A DNA stretch of 64,000 nucleotides, from positions 16,280-80,279 of the forward strand of contig CABXYJ010000003.1 in NCBI GenBank assembly GCA_902516345.1. Direction: 5' to 3'. The stretch comes from an uncultured Pelagibacteraceae bacterium (GTDB taxonomy: Bacteria > Pseudomonadota > Alphaproteobacteria > Pelagibacterales > Pelagibacteraceae). Positions 1 through 10,719 of the stretch are shown in pieces. The notes beneath the pieces are model-generated. The model was not told where the DNA came from and made no database searches. It saw only the letters and a list, made by a program, of their open reading frames with translations. Made by a program: the position numbers and the translations under genes. Numbering within the stretch: position 1 is the stretch's first letter; each line of letters starts with the position of its first letter.

Positions 1-167
1 TCCGCTAAATTTTTTGAAATCATTTCAGGTGTGGCCTCTTCTTTAATTAAACTGTTTTTAATATTTTCTTCATCAACATTCGAAGGTTCCACCACATTTT
101 GAATATTATTTTTGTCCAGTATCTCTTTTCTTACTTTGCTCTTAGATGCTAATATAAGTTTAATCAT
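1..167 (-). CDS. maf: Maf family nucleoside triphosphate pyrophosphatase (5' part, runs off window start)
   Basis: Not in ORF track. Minus strand from ATG at 167 reads MIKLILASKSKVRKEILDKNNIQNVVEPSNVDEE..., matching the Maf 'LILASxSxxR' start. It overlaps the stop of the DUF299 gene, and the duf299-maf order is conserved in alphaproteobacteria. Confidence 0.88.
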   Translation of the reverse strand, partial: MIKLILASKSKVRKEILDKNNIQNVVEPSNVDEENIKNSLIKEEATPEMISKNLA

Positions 168-984
168 TCTTTTTATATATTTCGTAAATTTTTATTACTG
201 AAGCAGCCGTCTCTTCAACAGATTTCCTAGTAACATCAATTATTGGCCATTTATATTTTCTAAATGTGTTTTTTGCATCATTTAATTCTTTTGTTATCAT
301 TTCTAAATTTGTATAAGAGCTACTAACATTTTCTTTAAGCGAGCTAAGTCTGTTTTTCCTTATATCAGCTAATGTTTCTGGTTCTGTATTTAGTCCTACG
401 ACGCAATAACTTTTGGGGTTTTCTCTTAAAATTTCAGGAATCGATTTTTCATTTATTAAAGGAATGTTAGAGGTCTTAAAACCCTTGTTGGCTAGATATA
501 TTGCAGTAGGTGTTTTGCTTGTCCTACTAACGCCTAATAAAATTATATCAGATCTGTTGATTTCTTTGACAAGATTTCCATCATCATGGTTCATTGTAAA
601 TTGTATAGCTTCTATTCTTTTATAGTACTCTTCATTTAAAATATATTGGCCACTAGGCTCATGCGAGGCTTTTTGATTTAATAATTTTGAAAAACTTAAA
701 ATTAAATCACCAAGAACACCAAAACATGGAATTTTTTTATTATTGCTCGCTTTTGCTAAATGTTTTGCTAAATTACTATCAACGATAGAGTATAATATAA
801 CTGAATTAGAATACTTTTCAGCATTATCTAAAATTTTTAAAATTTGATTTTCAGTTCTAGTAAATGAATAAGTGTGTATTTTATAATTGATATTTTTAAA
901 TTGAGCTTTAATAGCTGTAAAAATCCTATCAAGAGTTTCTCCAGTAGAATCGGAAATTAAATAAATTTGATATGTATCATTCAT
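160..984 (-). CDS. ppsR: Pyruvate,water/phosphate dikinase regulatory protein (kinase/pyrophosphorylase, DUF299)
   Basis: Motifs ISDSTGET, HDDG, GVSRTSKTP, VTRKSVEETAA. Confidence 0.93.
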   Translation of the reverse strand: MNDTYQIYLISDSTGETLDRIFTAIKAQFKNINYKIHTYSFTRTENQILKILDNAEKYSNSVILYSIVDSNLAKHLAKASNNKKIPCFGVLGDLILSFSKLLNQKASHEPSGQYILNEEYYKRIEAIQFTMNHDDGNLVKEINRSDIILLGVSRTSKTPTAIYLANKGFKTSNIPLINEKSIPEILRENPKSYCVVGLNTEPETLADIRKNRLSSLKENVSSSYTNLEMITKELNDAKNTFRKYKWPIIDVTRKSVEETAASVIKIYEIYKKND

Positions 985-1267
985 GTATAAAGTGTTAATA
1001 ATTTTTTATTATTTAATTTATATTTGCTTAATTTAAAATTCTTTAATTTATGTTGTAAAACTGAGCTTTTATTAACATTTTTAAATATATGTATAAAATT
1101 GTAAAGGAATTCTGTAATTTTGTTAATTAGCTTCAATTTTTCTTATATATTAAGGAATTTTTTATGGTCTAAATGTTAATTATAAGTTTATAAAATGTTT
1201 ATAAGATTTAATCATCATTATTCACAGAATATACTAATAAAACAATTAAATATTATAATTTATTATT
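985..1267. other. Probable replication origin (oriC)
   Basis: Largest intergenic region in the window and extremely AT-rich. It lies between the divergent DUF299 and hemE genes (the oriC position in Caulobacter/Rickettsia-type alphaproteobacteria). DnaA-box-like 9-mers: TTATTCACA 1218-1226, TTATTAACA 1069-1077, TGTTAATAA 993-1001, TGTTTATAA 1196-1204. parS and parAB lie 9-11 kb away. Confidence 0.8.
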
Positions 1268-2269
1268 ATGACACCAATAGATGAAATAATAATTAATAAT
1301 AAGACGGATGTAAATCCTATTTGGATAATGAGGCAAGCAGGAAGATATTTGCCTGAATTTAGAAAGATTAGGGAAAAAAATACAGATTTTATTAAATTAT
1401 GTTTAAATCATGAATTATCTTGTGAAATTACACTTCAACCTTTGAAAAGATTTCAATTAGATGCAGCCATAATTTTCTCAGATATTTTAATGATTCCATA
1501 TGGACTTAATCAAGAAGTAAAATTTAAAAAAAATTTTGGCCCTTTGTTAGGAGAACTAGATTTAAATTTAGTTTCTAGTTTAAAGGAAGAGGATTTTACT
1601 AAGAAAGTTAATCCAGTTTACAAAGCAATCAGGATGGTAAGTAAAAATCAATTAACAGATAATAAAACTACTATAGGATTTGTTGGAGCTCCGTGGACAT
1701 TGTTGGTTTATATGGTTAATAAGCAATCACCTAAACTTAAACTCATAGATAATTTTTTTGAAGACAAGAAAAAATTAAAAAAAATACTTAACATTACAGA
1801 AAAATTTATAAAGGTTCATATTAAAAACCAAATTAATAATGGTGCTAATGTTATTCAAATTTTTGACAGTTGGGCTGGATTATTACCTTCGAAAGACTTA
1901 GTTAATTATGTTTATAACCCGACAATTTCTTTAGTAGAATTTGTAAAATCTTTAAATATTCCTGTTATATGTTTTCCAAGGGGTATAAAAGATTACAAAA
2001 GTTATTGTGATATCATTAAGCCAGACGCCATTTGTATAGATTATGAGGTTAATCCTATTCAAATTGAAAAAGAAATCCAAATACCAGTTCAAGGCGGAAT
2101 GAATCCCAAAGTTTTATTAACAGATAAAGAAAATTTAAAAAAGGAAGCAATAAAATATTTAGATATCTTTAAAGATCACCCATATATATTTAATCTAGGA
2201 CATGGTGTATTACCAGAAACTAACCCCGATATGATGGATTATTTAGTAAAAACTGTGAAAGACTATTAA
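1268..2269 (+). CDS. hemE: Uroporphyrinogen decarboxylase
   Basis: PIWIMRQAGRYLPE, DAAIIFSDIL, QIFDSWAG, FNLGHG. Confidence 0.97.
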   Translation: MTPIDEIIINNKTDVNPIWIMRQAGRYLPEFRKIREKNTDFIKLCLNHELSCEITLQPLKRFQLDAAIIFSDILMIPYGLNQEVKFKKNFGPLLGELDLNLVSSLKEEDFTKKVNPVYKAIRMVSKNQLTDNKTTIGFVGAPWTLLVYMVNKQSPKLKLIDNFFEDKKKLKKILNITEKFIKVHIKNQINNGANVIQIFDSWAGLLPSKDLVNYVYNPTISLVEFVKSLNIPVICFPRGIKDYKSYCDIIKPDAICIDYEVNPIQIEKEIQIPVQGGMNPKVLLTDKENLKKEAIKYLDIFKDHPYIFNLGHGVLPETNPDMMDYLVKTVKDY

Positions 2270-3267
2270 TGGACGAAAAATTAAATCATCCACCTATAAA
2301 ATTTGGAAAAACCGGTGCGTTAATTATTAATCTAGGAACTCCAGACTCTACAAGTTGGTTTGATATAAGAAAATATCTTAAAGAATTTTTATCTGATAGA
2401 AGAGTGATAGAAGTTAATCCTTTTGTTTGGCAAATAATTTTAAATATTTTTATTTTAAACCTAAGGCCCTCAAAAACAGCAAAAGCCTATAAAGAAATAT
2501 GGATGAAGGAAGAAAATGTCTCTCCGTTACTGCACTACACACAGAAACAATCTGAAAAATTATCTAACTTTATATCATCAGAAAATTTAATTATTGATTT
2601 TGCGATGAGATATGGAAATCCAAGCATAAAAAGTAAAATTACCAAACTTCATGAGGAAGGTTGCGAAAACTTAGTAATTTTGCCTCTTTATCCACAATAT
2701 GCAGCGGCTACTACAGCGACAGTGTGCGATGAGGTTTACAGAACTTTAATGAAAATGAGATGGCAACCTTCTTTGAAAATAATTCCCCATTATGAATCTA
2801 ATCCTCTGTACATAGATGCATTAGTGAATTCTATAAACAAAAAGATCAAAGAAATTAGTTGGAAACCAGATTTAATAATAGCATCTTATCACGGTATTCC
2901 AAAAAAATATTTTGATAAAGGTGATCCATACCATTGCTATTGTCATAAAACCACAAGATTAATTTCAGAAAAGTTTGACACTATTGAAATTAAAACAACA
3001 TTTCAATCTAGATTTGGACCCCAAGAATGGCTTCAACCTTATACTGACAAAACATTAGAAAGTTTACCAAAAGAAGGAAAAAAAAATGTTTTAACTATAT
3101 GTCCTGGTTTTTCTTCTGATTGTGTTGAAACTTTAGAGGAAATATTAATTCAAGGTAAAGAAAGTTTTATAAATTCAGGAGGACTAAACTTTGATATGGT
3201 TCCTTGTTTAAATGATAATGATGATCATATCGTTTTGCTGAAATCATTAATAGAAGAAAATATTTGA
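2269..3267 (+). CDS. hemH: Ferrochelatase
   Basis: NLGTPDS, MRYGNPS, PLYPQY, SYHGIP, FQSRFGPQEWLQP, DCVETLEE. Confidence 0.97.
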   Translation: MDEKLNHPPIKFGKTGALIINLGTPDSTSWFDIRKYLKEFLSDRRVIEVNPFVWQIILNIFILNLRPSKTAKAYKEIWMKEENVSPLLHYTQKQSEKLSNFISSENLIIDFAMRYGNPSIKSKITKLHEEGCENLVILPLYPQYAAATTATVCDEVYRTLMKMRWQPSLKIIPHYESNPLYIDALVNSINKKIKEISWKPDLIIASYHGIPKKYFDKGDPYHCYCHKTTRLISEKFDTIEIKTTFQSRFGPQEWLQPYTDKTLESLPKEGKKNVLTICPGFSSDCVETLEEILIQGKESFINSGGLNFDMVPCLNDNDDHIVLLKSLIEENI

Positions 3268-3270
3268 TAA

Positions 3271-3705
3271 ATGAATACTTATCTTATTTTTAAAGCTTTA
3301 CATTTAATTTCTGTCATTTCCTGGATGGCTGGTTTGTTGTATTTACCAAGAATATTTGTTTATCATGCACAAAATAATTCAGAAAAATCAGTATCGGAGA
3401 TTTTCAAGATTATGGAAAAAAAATTATTTTTTTATATTATGAACCCCGCTATGATTTTGTCGTGGTTATTTGGATTATTATTAATACATGAAATTGGTTT
3501 TCAACAAATAGGCCAAACCTGGATGATTTTAAAATTATTGTTTGTGTTTATACTAACAATTTATCATTTTTATCTTGGAAGAATTCTTGGTCAATTTAGT
3601 AATGATCTAAACAAACATTCACACAAATTTTATCGTTATATTAACGAAATTCCCACTATATTGTTAATTTTGATAGTATTTGTGGTAGTTTTAAAGCCTA
3701 TCTAG
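3271..3705 (+). CDS. hemJ: Protoporphyrinogen oxidase HemJ
   Basis: KALHLISVISWMAGLLYLPRIFVYH, RYINEIPT; position between hemH and rho. Confidence 0.95.
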   Translation: MNTYLIFKALHLISVISWMAGLLYLPRIFVYHAQNNSEKSVSEIFKIMEKKLFFYIMNPAMILSWLFGLLLIHEIGFQQIGQTWMILKLLFVFILTIYHFYLGRILGQFSNDLNKHSHKFYRYINEIPTILLILIVFVVVLKPI

Positions 3706-3707
3706 GG

Positions 3708-3735
3708 TTGAATATTTTTAAATAGTATATATATT
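3708..3735 (+). promoter_or_regulatory. Putative sigma70 promoter of rho
   Basis: TTGAAT-N16-TATATT; the same hexamers and spacing occur upstream of nusA. Confidence 0.5.
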
Positions 3736-3769
3736 AATCTTATTATTAAGTCCTTAATAATTTCAAATC

Positions 3770-5038
3770 ATGAACATTCAAGAACTAAAACTTAAATCAT
3801 CTGAACAACTTATTACCCAGGCAGAGGAACTTGGTATAGAAAATGCTAGCACTTTAAGAAAGCAAGAAATTCTTTTTGCTATTTTAAAAAAAGTTGCTGA
3901 AAAAGAGGAAATTACTGGTGCAGGAGTTTTACAATTGTTGCAAGATGGATTTGGTTTCTTAAGAGCAATGGAATCAAACTACCTTCCTGGACCTGATGAT
4001 ATCTATGTAAGTCCTAGTCAAATAAGAAAATTTGGTTTAAGAACTGGAGACACAGTTGAAGGACCAGTCAGAGCACCAAAAGAAGGTGAAAGATATTTTG
4101 CTTTATTGCAAGTAAGTAAAATCAACTTTGAAGAGCCTGATAAGTCTAGACATAAAATTGCATTTGATAACTTAACACCTCTTTACCCAGACAAACAACT
4201 TGTCATGGAAGTAGAGATAGTTAAGACTGAGAAAAAACCAGATCTCACTCCAAGGTTAATTGATTTAGTAAGTCCAATTGGTAAAGGACAAAGATCAATA
4301 ATAATTTCACCACCAAAAGCAGGAAAAACAATGATTTTACAAAGTATTGCAAATTCAATAGCAAAAAATTATCCTGAATGTTATTTGATAGTTTTGTTGA
4401 TAGATGAGAGACCTGAAGAGGTTACCGACATGCAAAGAACAGTAAAAGGTGAAGTTATAAGTTCAACTTTTGATGAACCAGCTCAACGACATGTGGCTGT
4501 TGCAGAAATGGTAATAGAAAAAGCTAAAAGATTAACTGAGCACAAGAAAGATGTTGTTATCTTGCTGGACTCTATAACAAGACTGGGTAGAGCTTATAAT
4601 GCTGTTATACCTAGCTCTGGAAAGGTTTTAACAGGTGGTGTCGATGCAAATGCACTTCAGAGACCAAAGAGGTTTTTTGGTGCTGCAAGAAACATAGAAG
4701 AGGGAGGATCTTTAACAATCATTTCTACTGCTTTGATTGATACAGGTAGCAGAATGGATGAGGTTATCTTTGAAGAATTTAAGGGAACTGGTAATAGTGA
4801 AACAGTTTTAGATAGAAAGATTGCTGATAAGAGAATTTATCCCGCTATAGATATTACAAAATCAGGCACAAGAAGAGAAGAGTTGTTATTTGACAAAAAT
4901 GATCTTCAAAAAATGAATGTTTTAAGAAGAATAATTGCTCCCATGGGCACAATGGACGCTATTGAATTTATTAGTTCAAAATTGAAAAATACAAAAAACA
5001 ATTCTGAATTTTTCAACTCAATGAACAAACCTGCCTAA
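3770..5038 (+). CDS. rho: Transcription termination factor Rho
   Basis: [43 protein letters not shown]. Confidence 0.99.
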   Translation: MNIQELKLKSSEQLITQAEELGIENASTLRKQEILFAILKKVAEKEEITGAGVLQLLQDGFGFLRAMESNYLPGPDDIYVSPSQIRKFGLRTGDTVEGPVRAPKEGERYFALLQVSKINFEEPDKSRHKIAFDNLTPLYPDKQLVMEVEIVKTEKKPDLTPRLIDLVSPIGKGQRSIIISPPKAGKTMILQSIANSIAKNYPECYLIVLLIDERPEEVTDMQRTVKGEVISSTFDEPAQRHVAVAEMVIEKAKRLTEHKKDVVILLDSITRLGRAYNAVIPSSGKVLTGGVDANALQRPKRFFGAARNIEEGGSLTIISTALIDTGSRMDEVIFEEFKGTGNSETVLDRKIADKRIYPAIDITKSGTRREELLFDKNDLQKMNVLRRIIAPMGTMDAIEFISSKLKNTKNNSEFFNSMNKPA

Positions 5039-5039
5039 A

Positions 5040-6710
5040 ATGACTATTGATCTTAATAGAGATCAAAAAATTAAACTCAAAAGATTATTCGAGCAAAAAA
5101 ATTATTCAAAATTCGAGTCATTTGTAGAAAAGCTAGGCAGTTTAGACGATCTTCCAAAATTTTTATTAATGGGCTATGCAGGTTCAAAAGTTTTGAACCC
5201 AAATTCAAAAAAAGATGACTATTTAAAATCAACAATTATTTTTGAGAAAATTTATTCAAAAGACAAGTCAAATTTAGAAGCTTTTTATAATTTAATACTT
5301 TCTAGTATAAAGGCCGAGGTAGCGAGTTATGTACTTCCACATTTAAACGATAAGTACAGATTAAAAGAGAAAGATCTTAAAGTGGTAGAAGGTTTGGCAA
5401 GAGTTCACTTTTTTTTAGGAAATCTCGATCTCTCTGTTAAATTTTTTAAAGAGCTAATAAGCCTAAATCCAAGTTCAACAATCGACGGCGGAAGATTAAC
5501 ATATTTAGCCTGTATGAATTATCCATCTGGAATTACACAAAAAGATTATTTTATAGAGGTCAGTAAATTAGGAGAAACTTTTAACAAATATTCAAAATTT
5601 AAAGAATACCAAAAAAAAGATTTTAAAAATGATAAGATTAAAATTGGTTTTTTATCAGGAGACTTTAGACAACACTCGGTTAATTTTTTTTTAAAAGATG
5701 TTATTTCAAAAATAAATAAAGATGAATTTCATTTAGTCGCTTTGAGTAACTTAGAAATTAATAGACACCACGAAGAAATAACAGGTTTCTATAAAAAAAA
5801 CTTTGATGAGTGGTTTGATATTATTGATACAAAAGATGAGGAATTAATTACTTTAGTTAGATCCCTTAATTTAGATATATTAATAGATTTAAATGGGTTC
5901 ACTTATGGCAATAGAGTGAATATTTTAGCTGCTAGATCAGCAAAAGTACAAATTGGCTGGTGTGGTTATAATAACTCATTAGGCATCGATAACATGGATT
6001 ATATTATTGCAGATAAAAATCTAATTAAAAAAAATGAACAGTCTCTTTATAAAGAAAAAATAATATATTTACCTAATATATGGAACGCTATGGCAAAGCC
6101 TGAAAATTTGCCAAAAGTAAATGAGCTGCCTTATCAAACTAGTAAAATTTTTAGTTTTGGTTCATTTAATAGTTTTAAAAAAATTTCCAACGATACCGTA
6201 AAAGTTTGGTCTAGAATCTTAAATAACTCAAATTCACAATTATATTTAAAAAATTCTCAAGGATATAACAAAGAAGTATATGAAAATTTAAAAAGTAAAT
6301 TTAAAAAAAATGGTGTAGATTTAAATAAAATTATTTTCTTAAAAAAATCAGACATCAATATTTTCCTGAAAGATTACAACAAAATAGATATAGCATTAGA
6401 TACTTTTCCATATACTGGTGTGACCACATCATTTCAATCTTATTTAATGGGAGTTCCAGTTTTAAGTTTAAGTGGCTATAATTTTAATTCTAGATGTGGA
6501 GAGAGTATTAACAGAAATTTAGGAATGGATGAATTTATAGCAACCGATTATGAAGATTATTATAATAAATCTATATTTTTTCAAAATAAAGATAAACTCT
6601 CCCAATTAAGATTATCTTTGAGGGAAAAAGTTTTAAACTCAACGTTATTTGATACAGATAATTTCACTAATGACTTGTCGATCCTTTTTAAGGATGTCCT
6701 GAATAAATAA
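5040..6710 (+). CDS. GT41 / SPINDLY-OGT-like protein glycosyltransferase with short TPR N-terminus
   Basis: KIGFLSGDFRQHSV, LDILIDLNGFT, GWCGY, FGSFN..KKI, DIALDTFPYTGVTTS..LMGVPVL, SRCGESI. Confidence 0.88.
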   Translation: MTIDLNRDQKIKLKRLFEQKNYSKFESFVEKLGSLDDLPKFLLMGYAGSKVLNPNSKKDDYLKSTIIFEKIYSKDKSNLEAFYNLILSSIKAEVASYVLPHLNDKYRLKEKDLKVVEGLARVHFFLGNLDLSVKFFKELISLNPSSTIDGGRLTYLACMNYPSGITQKDYFIEVSKLGETFNKYSKFKEYQKKDFKNDKIKIGFLSGDFRQHSVNFFLKDVISKINKDEFHLVALSNLEINRHHEEITGFYKKNFDEWFDIIDTKDEELITLVRSLNLDILIDLNGFTYGNRVNILAARSAKVQIGWCGYNNSLGIDNMDYIIADKNLIKKNEQSLYKEKIIYLPNIWNAMAKPENLPKVNELPYQTSKIFSFGSFNSFKKISNDTVKVWSRILNNSNSQLYLKNSQGYNKEVYENLKSKFKKNGVDLNKIIFLKKSDINIFLKDYNKIDIALDTFPYTGVTTSFQSYLMGVPVLSLSGYNFNSRCGESINRNLGMDEFIATDYEDYYNKSIFFQNKDKLSQLRLSLREKVLNSTLFDTDNFTNDLSILFKDVLNK

Positions 6711-6754
6711 AATTCAGTTTTACACAGGCTTCAATTTCAAGCTATAATATTTAA

Positions 6755-8086
6755 ATGACTATTTATGCTTTATCTACGGGTCCCGGTGTATCTGGAGTCG
6801 CTATAGTTAGAATCTCAGGTTCAGATGCCTCTAATGTAATTAAATCACTTACTGGCATGGAAATACCTAAGCCGAGAATGGCTACCCTTCGAAAAATAAA
6901 CAATATCAACACTTCTGAGCTAATTGATGAAGGTATAATAATCTGGTTTCCTGGCCCTCAGAGCTACACAGGTGAAGATATGGCGGAAATTCACATCCAT
7001 GGAGGTAAAGCTGTAGTTTTAGCTGTGCAAAACGAAATTTCAAAAGTAAAAAATTGTAGATTAGCTGAACCAGGTGAGTTTACAAAGCTTGCTTTCCAAA
7101 ATGGAAAAATAAATTTGCTTAAAGCTGAAAGTATAGCAGATTTAATTTCAGCAGAAACAGAAATTCAAAGATTACAAGCTATAAAAATTATGAGAGGAAA
7201 ATCCTCAAAAAAATTTAATGAGCTTAGAGAAAAATTGTTGAAACTTTTATCATTTGTTGAAGCCAAAATAGATTTCCCAGAAGAAGATCTACCTGAAGAA
7301 AATTTAAAAAAAATAAAAGTGGACACATTAGATGTCTTAGAGGAGATTAATAAAATTTTAGATGATCAAAAGGTTGGAGAAATAATTCGTGAGGGTTTTA
7401 AAATTGCAATTGTAGGGCCAACGAATGCTGGTAAATCAAGTCTGTTAAATAACCTATCAAAAAGAGAGGTTGCTATAGTTTCTGAGATTGCCGGTACCAC
7501 AAGAGATATTGTTGAAACTCATTTAAATATAGATGGTTATCCTGTCATTATTTCAGATACAGCAGGCATAAGAGATTCAAAAGATGAAATTGAAAAAAAA
7601 GGTATTAAATTATCACTTAATAAGGCAGAAAATGCTGACTTAAAGTTAGTAGTAGTTGATGCAAAAGCCGTTCATTTAAGGGGTTTTTTAAATGATTTGC
7701 TAAAAAATGATGCTATATTAGTAGTCAATAAATCAGATCTCTTAAAAAAAAAATTAGATATCGATATTTCCAAATTTAATCATGTTTTAATTTCCTTGAA
7801 AGATAATTTAAACATAGATGTATTAATTTCAAAAATAAAAAATCAATTAAAAAATAAATTTTTATTTGAAGAAGATATTCTGATTACTAGAGAGAGGCAC
7901 AGACAACACTTGGTACAGAGTTCAGATCATTTGAAAAATTTTTTGAAAAAAAATGATAAAAAAGATTTTGATAAGGCTGCAGAAGATTTGAGATTAGCAA
8001 CAAGACATTTAGGCATGATAGTCGGAAAAGTTGATGTAGAGGAGATATTAGGTAGTATTTTCAATGATTTTTGTATCGGAAAATAA
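6755..8086 (+). CDS. mnmE: tRNA modification GTPase MnmE
   Basis: TIYALST, SYTGED, AEPGEFT, GPTNAGKSS, GTTRD, DTAG, C-terminal FCIGK. Confidence 0.98.
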   Translation: MTIYALSTGPGVSGVAIVRISGSDASNVIKSLTGMEIPKPRMATLRKINNINTSELIDEGIIIWFPGPQSYTGEDMAEIHIHGGKAVVLAVQNEISKVKNCRLAEPGEFTKLAFQNGKINLLKAESIADLISAETEIQRLQAIKIMRGKSSKKFNELREKLLKLLSFVEAKIDFPEEDLPEENLKKIKVDTLDVLEEINKILDDQKVGEIIREGFKIAIVGPTNAGKSSLLNNLSKREVAIVSEIAGTTRDIVETHLNIDGYPVIISDTAGIRDSKDEIEKKGIKLSLNKAENADLKLVVVDAKAVHLRGFLNDLLKNDAILVVNKSDLLKKKLDIDISKFNHVLISLKDNLNIDVLISKIKNQLKNKFLFEEDILITRERHRQHLVQSSDHLKNFLKKNDKKDFDKAAEDLRLATRHLGMIVGKVDVEEILGSIFNDFCIGK

Positions 8087-8200
8087 TATCGATTTTCCTA
8101 ATTTTTAGCCATTTTCAACAGATTTCGATGATAAATAACGCTTATTTAAGATAAAAAACTCAATTCTTGTAAATATTTTAATCGAATATAAATTTACATC

Positions 8201-10072
8201 ATGAAAAAAGATTTATTTTTTGATGTAGTAGTAATCGGTGGAGGTCATGCAGGCTGTGAAGCAGCAGCAGCATCTGCACGAATTGGAATTAACACTGCCT
8301 TATTCACTCACAATAAAGATACTATAGGAGAAATGTCATGTAATCCTGCTATTGGTGGATTAGGAAAAGGTCATTTAGTAAGAGAAATTGATGCGTTAGA
8401 TGGGGTTATGGGTGACGTAGCTGATAAGTCTGGAATTCAGTTTAGACTGTTAAATAGAAGCAGAGGTCCAGCAGTAAGAGGACCAAGAACTCAATCCGAT
8501 AGATCATTATATCGTAAATTTATGCAAGAAAAACTTGTAAACTACTGTAATTTAAGCATTTTTTCTGATCCTGTAGTTAAGTTTATTTTTAATAATAATG
8601 AAATAAGTGGATTTCTAACATTAGAAGGTAAAAAAGTAAGTTGTAATAAGCTAATACTTACAACAGGCACATTTTTAAACGGTTTGATACATATTGGCAA
8701 TGAAAGAACTCCTGCGGGTCGATTTAATGAAAAACCAAGTACAGGCTTAAGTGAACAGTTAGAGAAATATAATTTTAAAATTGGTAGATTAAAAACAGGG
8801 ACACCACCAAGATTAGATGCTAGAACTATTAATTTTAAAAAATTGGAAAAACAATTTGCAGATGATGATCCTTATTTTTTTTCTTTCTTAACAAAAAAAA
8901 ATCTTAATAAACAAGTATCTTGCTCTATGACCTATACCAATCAGAAGGTTCATAAGATAATTAAAAAGAATTTATCTAAAAGTGCAATGTACTCTGGCAA
9001 CATACAAGGTGTTGGTCCAAGATATTGTCCTTCTATAGAAGATAAGATAGTAAAATTTGCTGATAAGACTAGACATCAGATATTTTTAGAGCCAGAGGGC
9101 CTTAATGATCATACAATTTATCCAAATGGCATATCCACATCTCTACCTCAGGTTGTTCAAAATGAAATACTTAATAATATCAATGGTTTAGAAAATGTAA
9201 AAGTTATACGACCTGGATATGCTATAGAATACGACTATATTGACCCTCGAGAACTTTTTTTAACATTAGAGACAAAAAAAATAAAGAATTTATACCTTGC
9301 AGGCCAAATTAATGGAACTACAGGATATGAAGAAGCTGCAGCTCAAGGTCTTATAGCTGGCATTAATGCTGCGCTTTCTATGAAAAATATGGAGCCCTTT
9401 ATTTTAGATAGATCAGAAGCCTACATTGGCGTAATGATAGATGATTTAGTAACAAAAGGTGTTGCTGAGCCTTACAGAATGTTTACTTCACGTGCTGAGT
9501 ATAGATTAAGTCTTAGATCTGACAATGCAGATTTAAGGCTTACCAGAAAAGGAATAGATATTGGACTAATATCTTCCATTAGAAAAGAGATATTTCAGGA
9601 CAAATTTGCAAAATTGAGCGAAATATCCCTACAAATGTCTAGTTTGAATATAACCCCTTCCAAAGCAGGGAAATTTGGAATAAAAATCTCAAAAGATGGT
9701 ATTTTAAGGTCAGCAGAAGAAATTTTATCGCAAAAAGACGTAGATATGAAAAAAATAAGGTGTATTTGGCCTGAAATTTTAGATTACGGTAATGATATTG
9801 ATGAGCAGATTGAAATTAACTCTCATTATAGAGGATATTTAAAAAAGCAAAAAGCTGATATTTTAGCTTTTAAACGAGATGAGAATCTCTCAATACCAGA
9901 AAATATTGACTATGACCAATTTTCAGGGTTATCAAACGAGGTTAGAGCTAAATTTAAGGAAATAAGGCCTAAAACTATGGGTCAAGCACTAAGAATTGAT
10001 GGAATTACACCTGCTGCTGTATATATTTTGTTGTCACATGTCAAAAGAAGGTTTATTAAGCATATAGCTTAA
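8201..10072 (+). CDS. mnmG: tRNA uridine-5-carboxymethylaminomethyl synthesis enzyme MnmG (GidA)
   Basis: [43 protein letters not shown]. Confidence 0.99.
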   Translation: MKKDLFFDVVVIGGGHAGCEAAAASARIGINTALFTHNKDTIGEMSCNPAIGGLGKGHLVREIDALDGVMGDVADKSGIQFRLLNRSRGPAVRGPRTQSDRSLYRKFMQEKLVNYCNLSIFSDPVVKFIFNNNEISGFLTLEGKKVSCNKLILTTGTFLNGLIHIGNERTPAGRFNEKPSTGLSEQLEKYNFKIGRLKTGTPPRLDARTINFKKLEKQFADDDPYFFSFLTKKNLNKQVSCSMTYTNQKVHKIIKKNLSKSAMYSGNIQGVGPRYCPSIEDKIVKFADKTRHQIFLEPEGLNDHTIYPNGISTSLPQVVQNEILNNINGLENVKVIRPGYAIEYDYIDPRELFLTLETKKIKNLYLAGQINGTTGYEEAAAQGLIAGINAALSMKNMEPFILDRSEAYIGVMIDDLVTKGVAEPYRMFTSRAEYRLSLRSDNADLRLTRKGIDIGLISSIRKEIFQDKFAKLSEISLQMSSLNITPSKAGKFGIKISKDGILRSAEEILSQKDVDMKKIRCIWPEILDYGNDIDEQIEINSHYRGYLKKQKADILAFKRDENLSIPENIDYDQFSGLSNEVRAKFKEIRPKTMGQALRIDGITPAAVYILLSHVKRRFIKHIA

Positions 10073-10719
10073 TGGATCAAGTTTTTACAAATTTTTACTC
10101 AAATATATCTAAATTTAATGTTTCACGTGAAACGTGTAACGAACTTGAAGTCTTAGCATCAATGATATCAGAAAAAAATAAAAAAATTAATTTAATTAGT
10201 CGAAAAATATATGAAAAAGAAGCTATAAGATACCGTCATATTATAGATTCAGCACAAATTATTGATTTTGTTGATTTAAATGAAAGTACAACCTCTGATT
10301 TAGGAACTGGTGGTGGAATGCCGGGTTTAGTGATAGCAATTTTAATGAAAAGTTTCAAAAAAAGAATGAAAATAAATCTCTATGAGAAAAGTTATCATAA
10401 ATGTGCGTTTCTTAAAGAAGCTTCTAAAAAGTTAAGATTAAACACTGAAATTATTCAGAAAGATTTATTTAAAGTTAAAAACTTAAGAACAGGCACAATA
10501 ATGTCTAGAGCGTTTAAGCCGATGCCGACAATTCTTGAATTAGTGAACAATAATTTCAAAAAATACAAAAATTTAATTCTATTCATGGGAAGTAGTGGAA
10601 GAAAAACTCTTCAGGATACGTTAAAGAAATGGGAATTAGATTATGAGGAAAAAAAAAGTATAACTAATGAAGATGCATTTTTACTCAATATAAAAGAAAT
10701 AAAAAAAAAATTGATATGA
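10072..10719 (+). CDS. rsmG: 16S rRNA m7G527 methyltransferase RsmG (GidB)
   Basis: NLIS, RHIIDSAQ, DLGTGGGMPG, SRAF; between mnmG and parA. Confidence 0.92.
   Translation: MDQVFTNFYSNISKFNVSRETCNELEVLASMISEKNKKINLISRKIYEKEAIRYRHIIDSAQIIDFVDLNESTTSDLGTGGGMPGLVIAILMKSFKKRMKINLYEKSYHKCAFLKEASKKLRLNTEIIQKDLFKVKNLRTGTIMSRAFKPMPTILELVNNNFKKYKNLILFMGSSGRKTLQDTLKKWELDYEEKKSITNEDAFLLNIKEIKKKLI
10119..10134. promoter_or_regulatory. parS centromere-like site (inside rsmG)
   Basis: TGTTTCACGTGAAACG matches the parS consensus TGTTTCACGTGAAACA at 15/16 positions; about 0.6 kb upstream of parA. Confidence 0.92.

Noticed and set aside
985-1267. CtrA boxes (TTAA-N7-TTAA) in oriC
   Set aside because: TTAA half-sites are frequent, but those I checked were not at the 7-bp spacing
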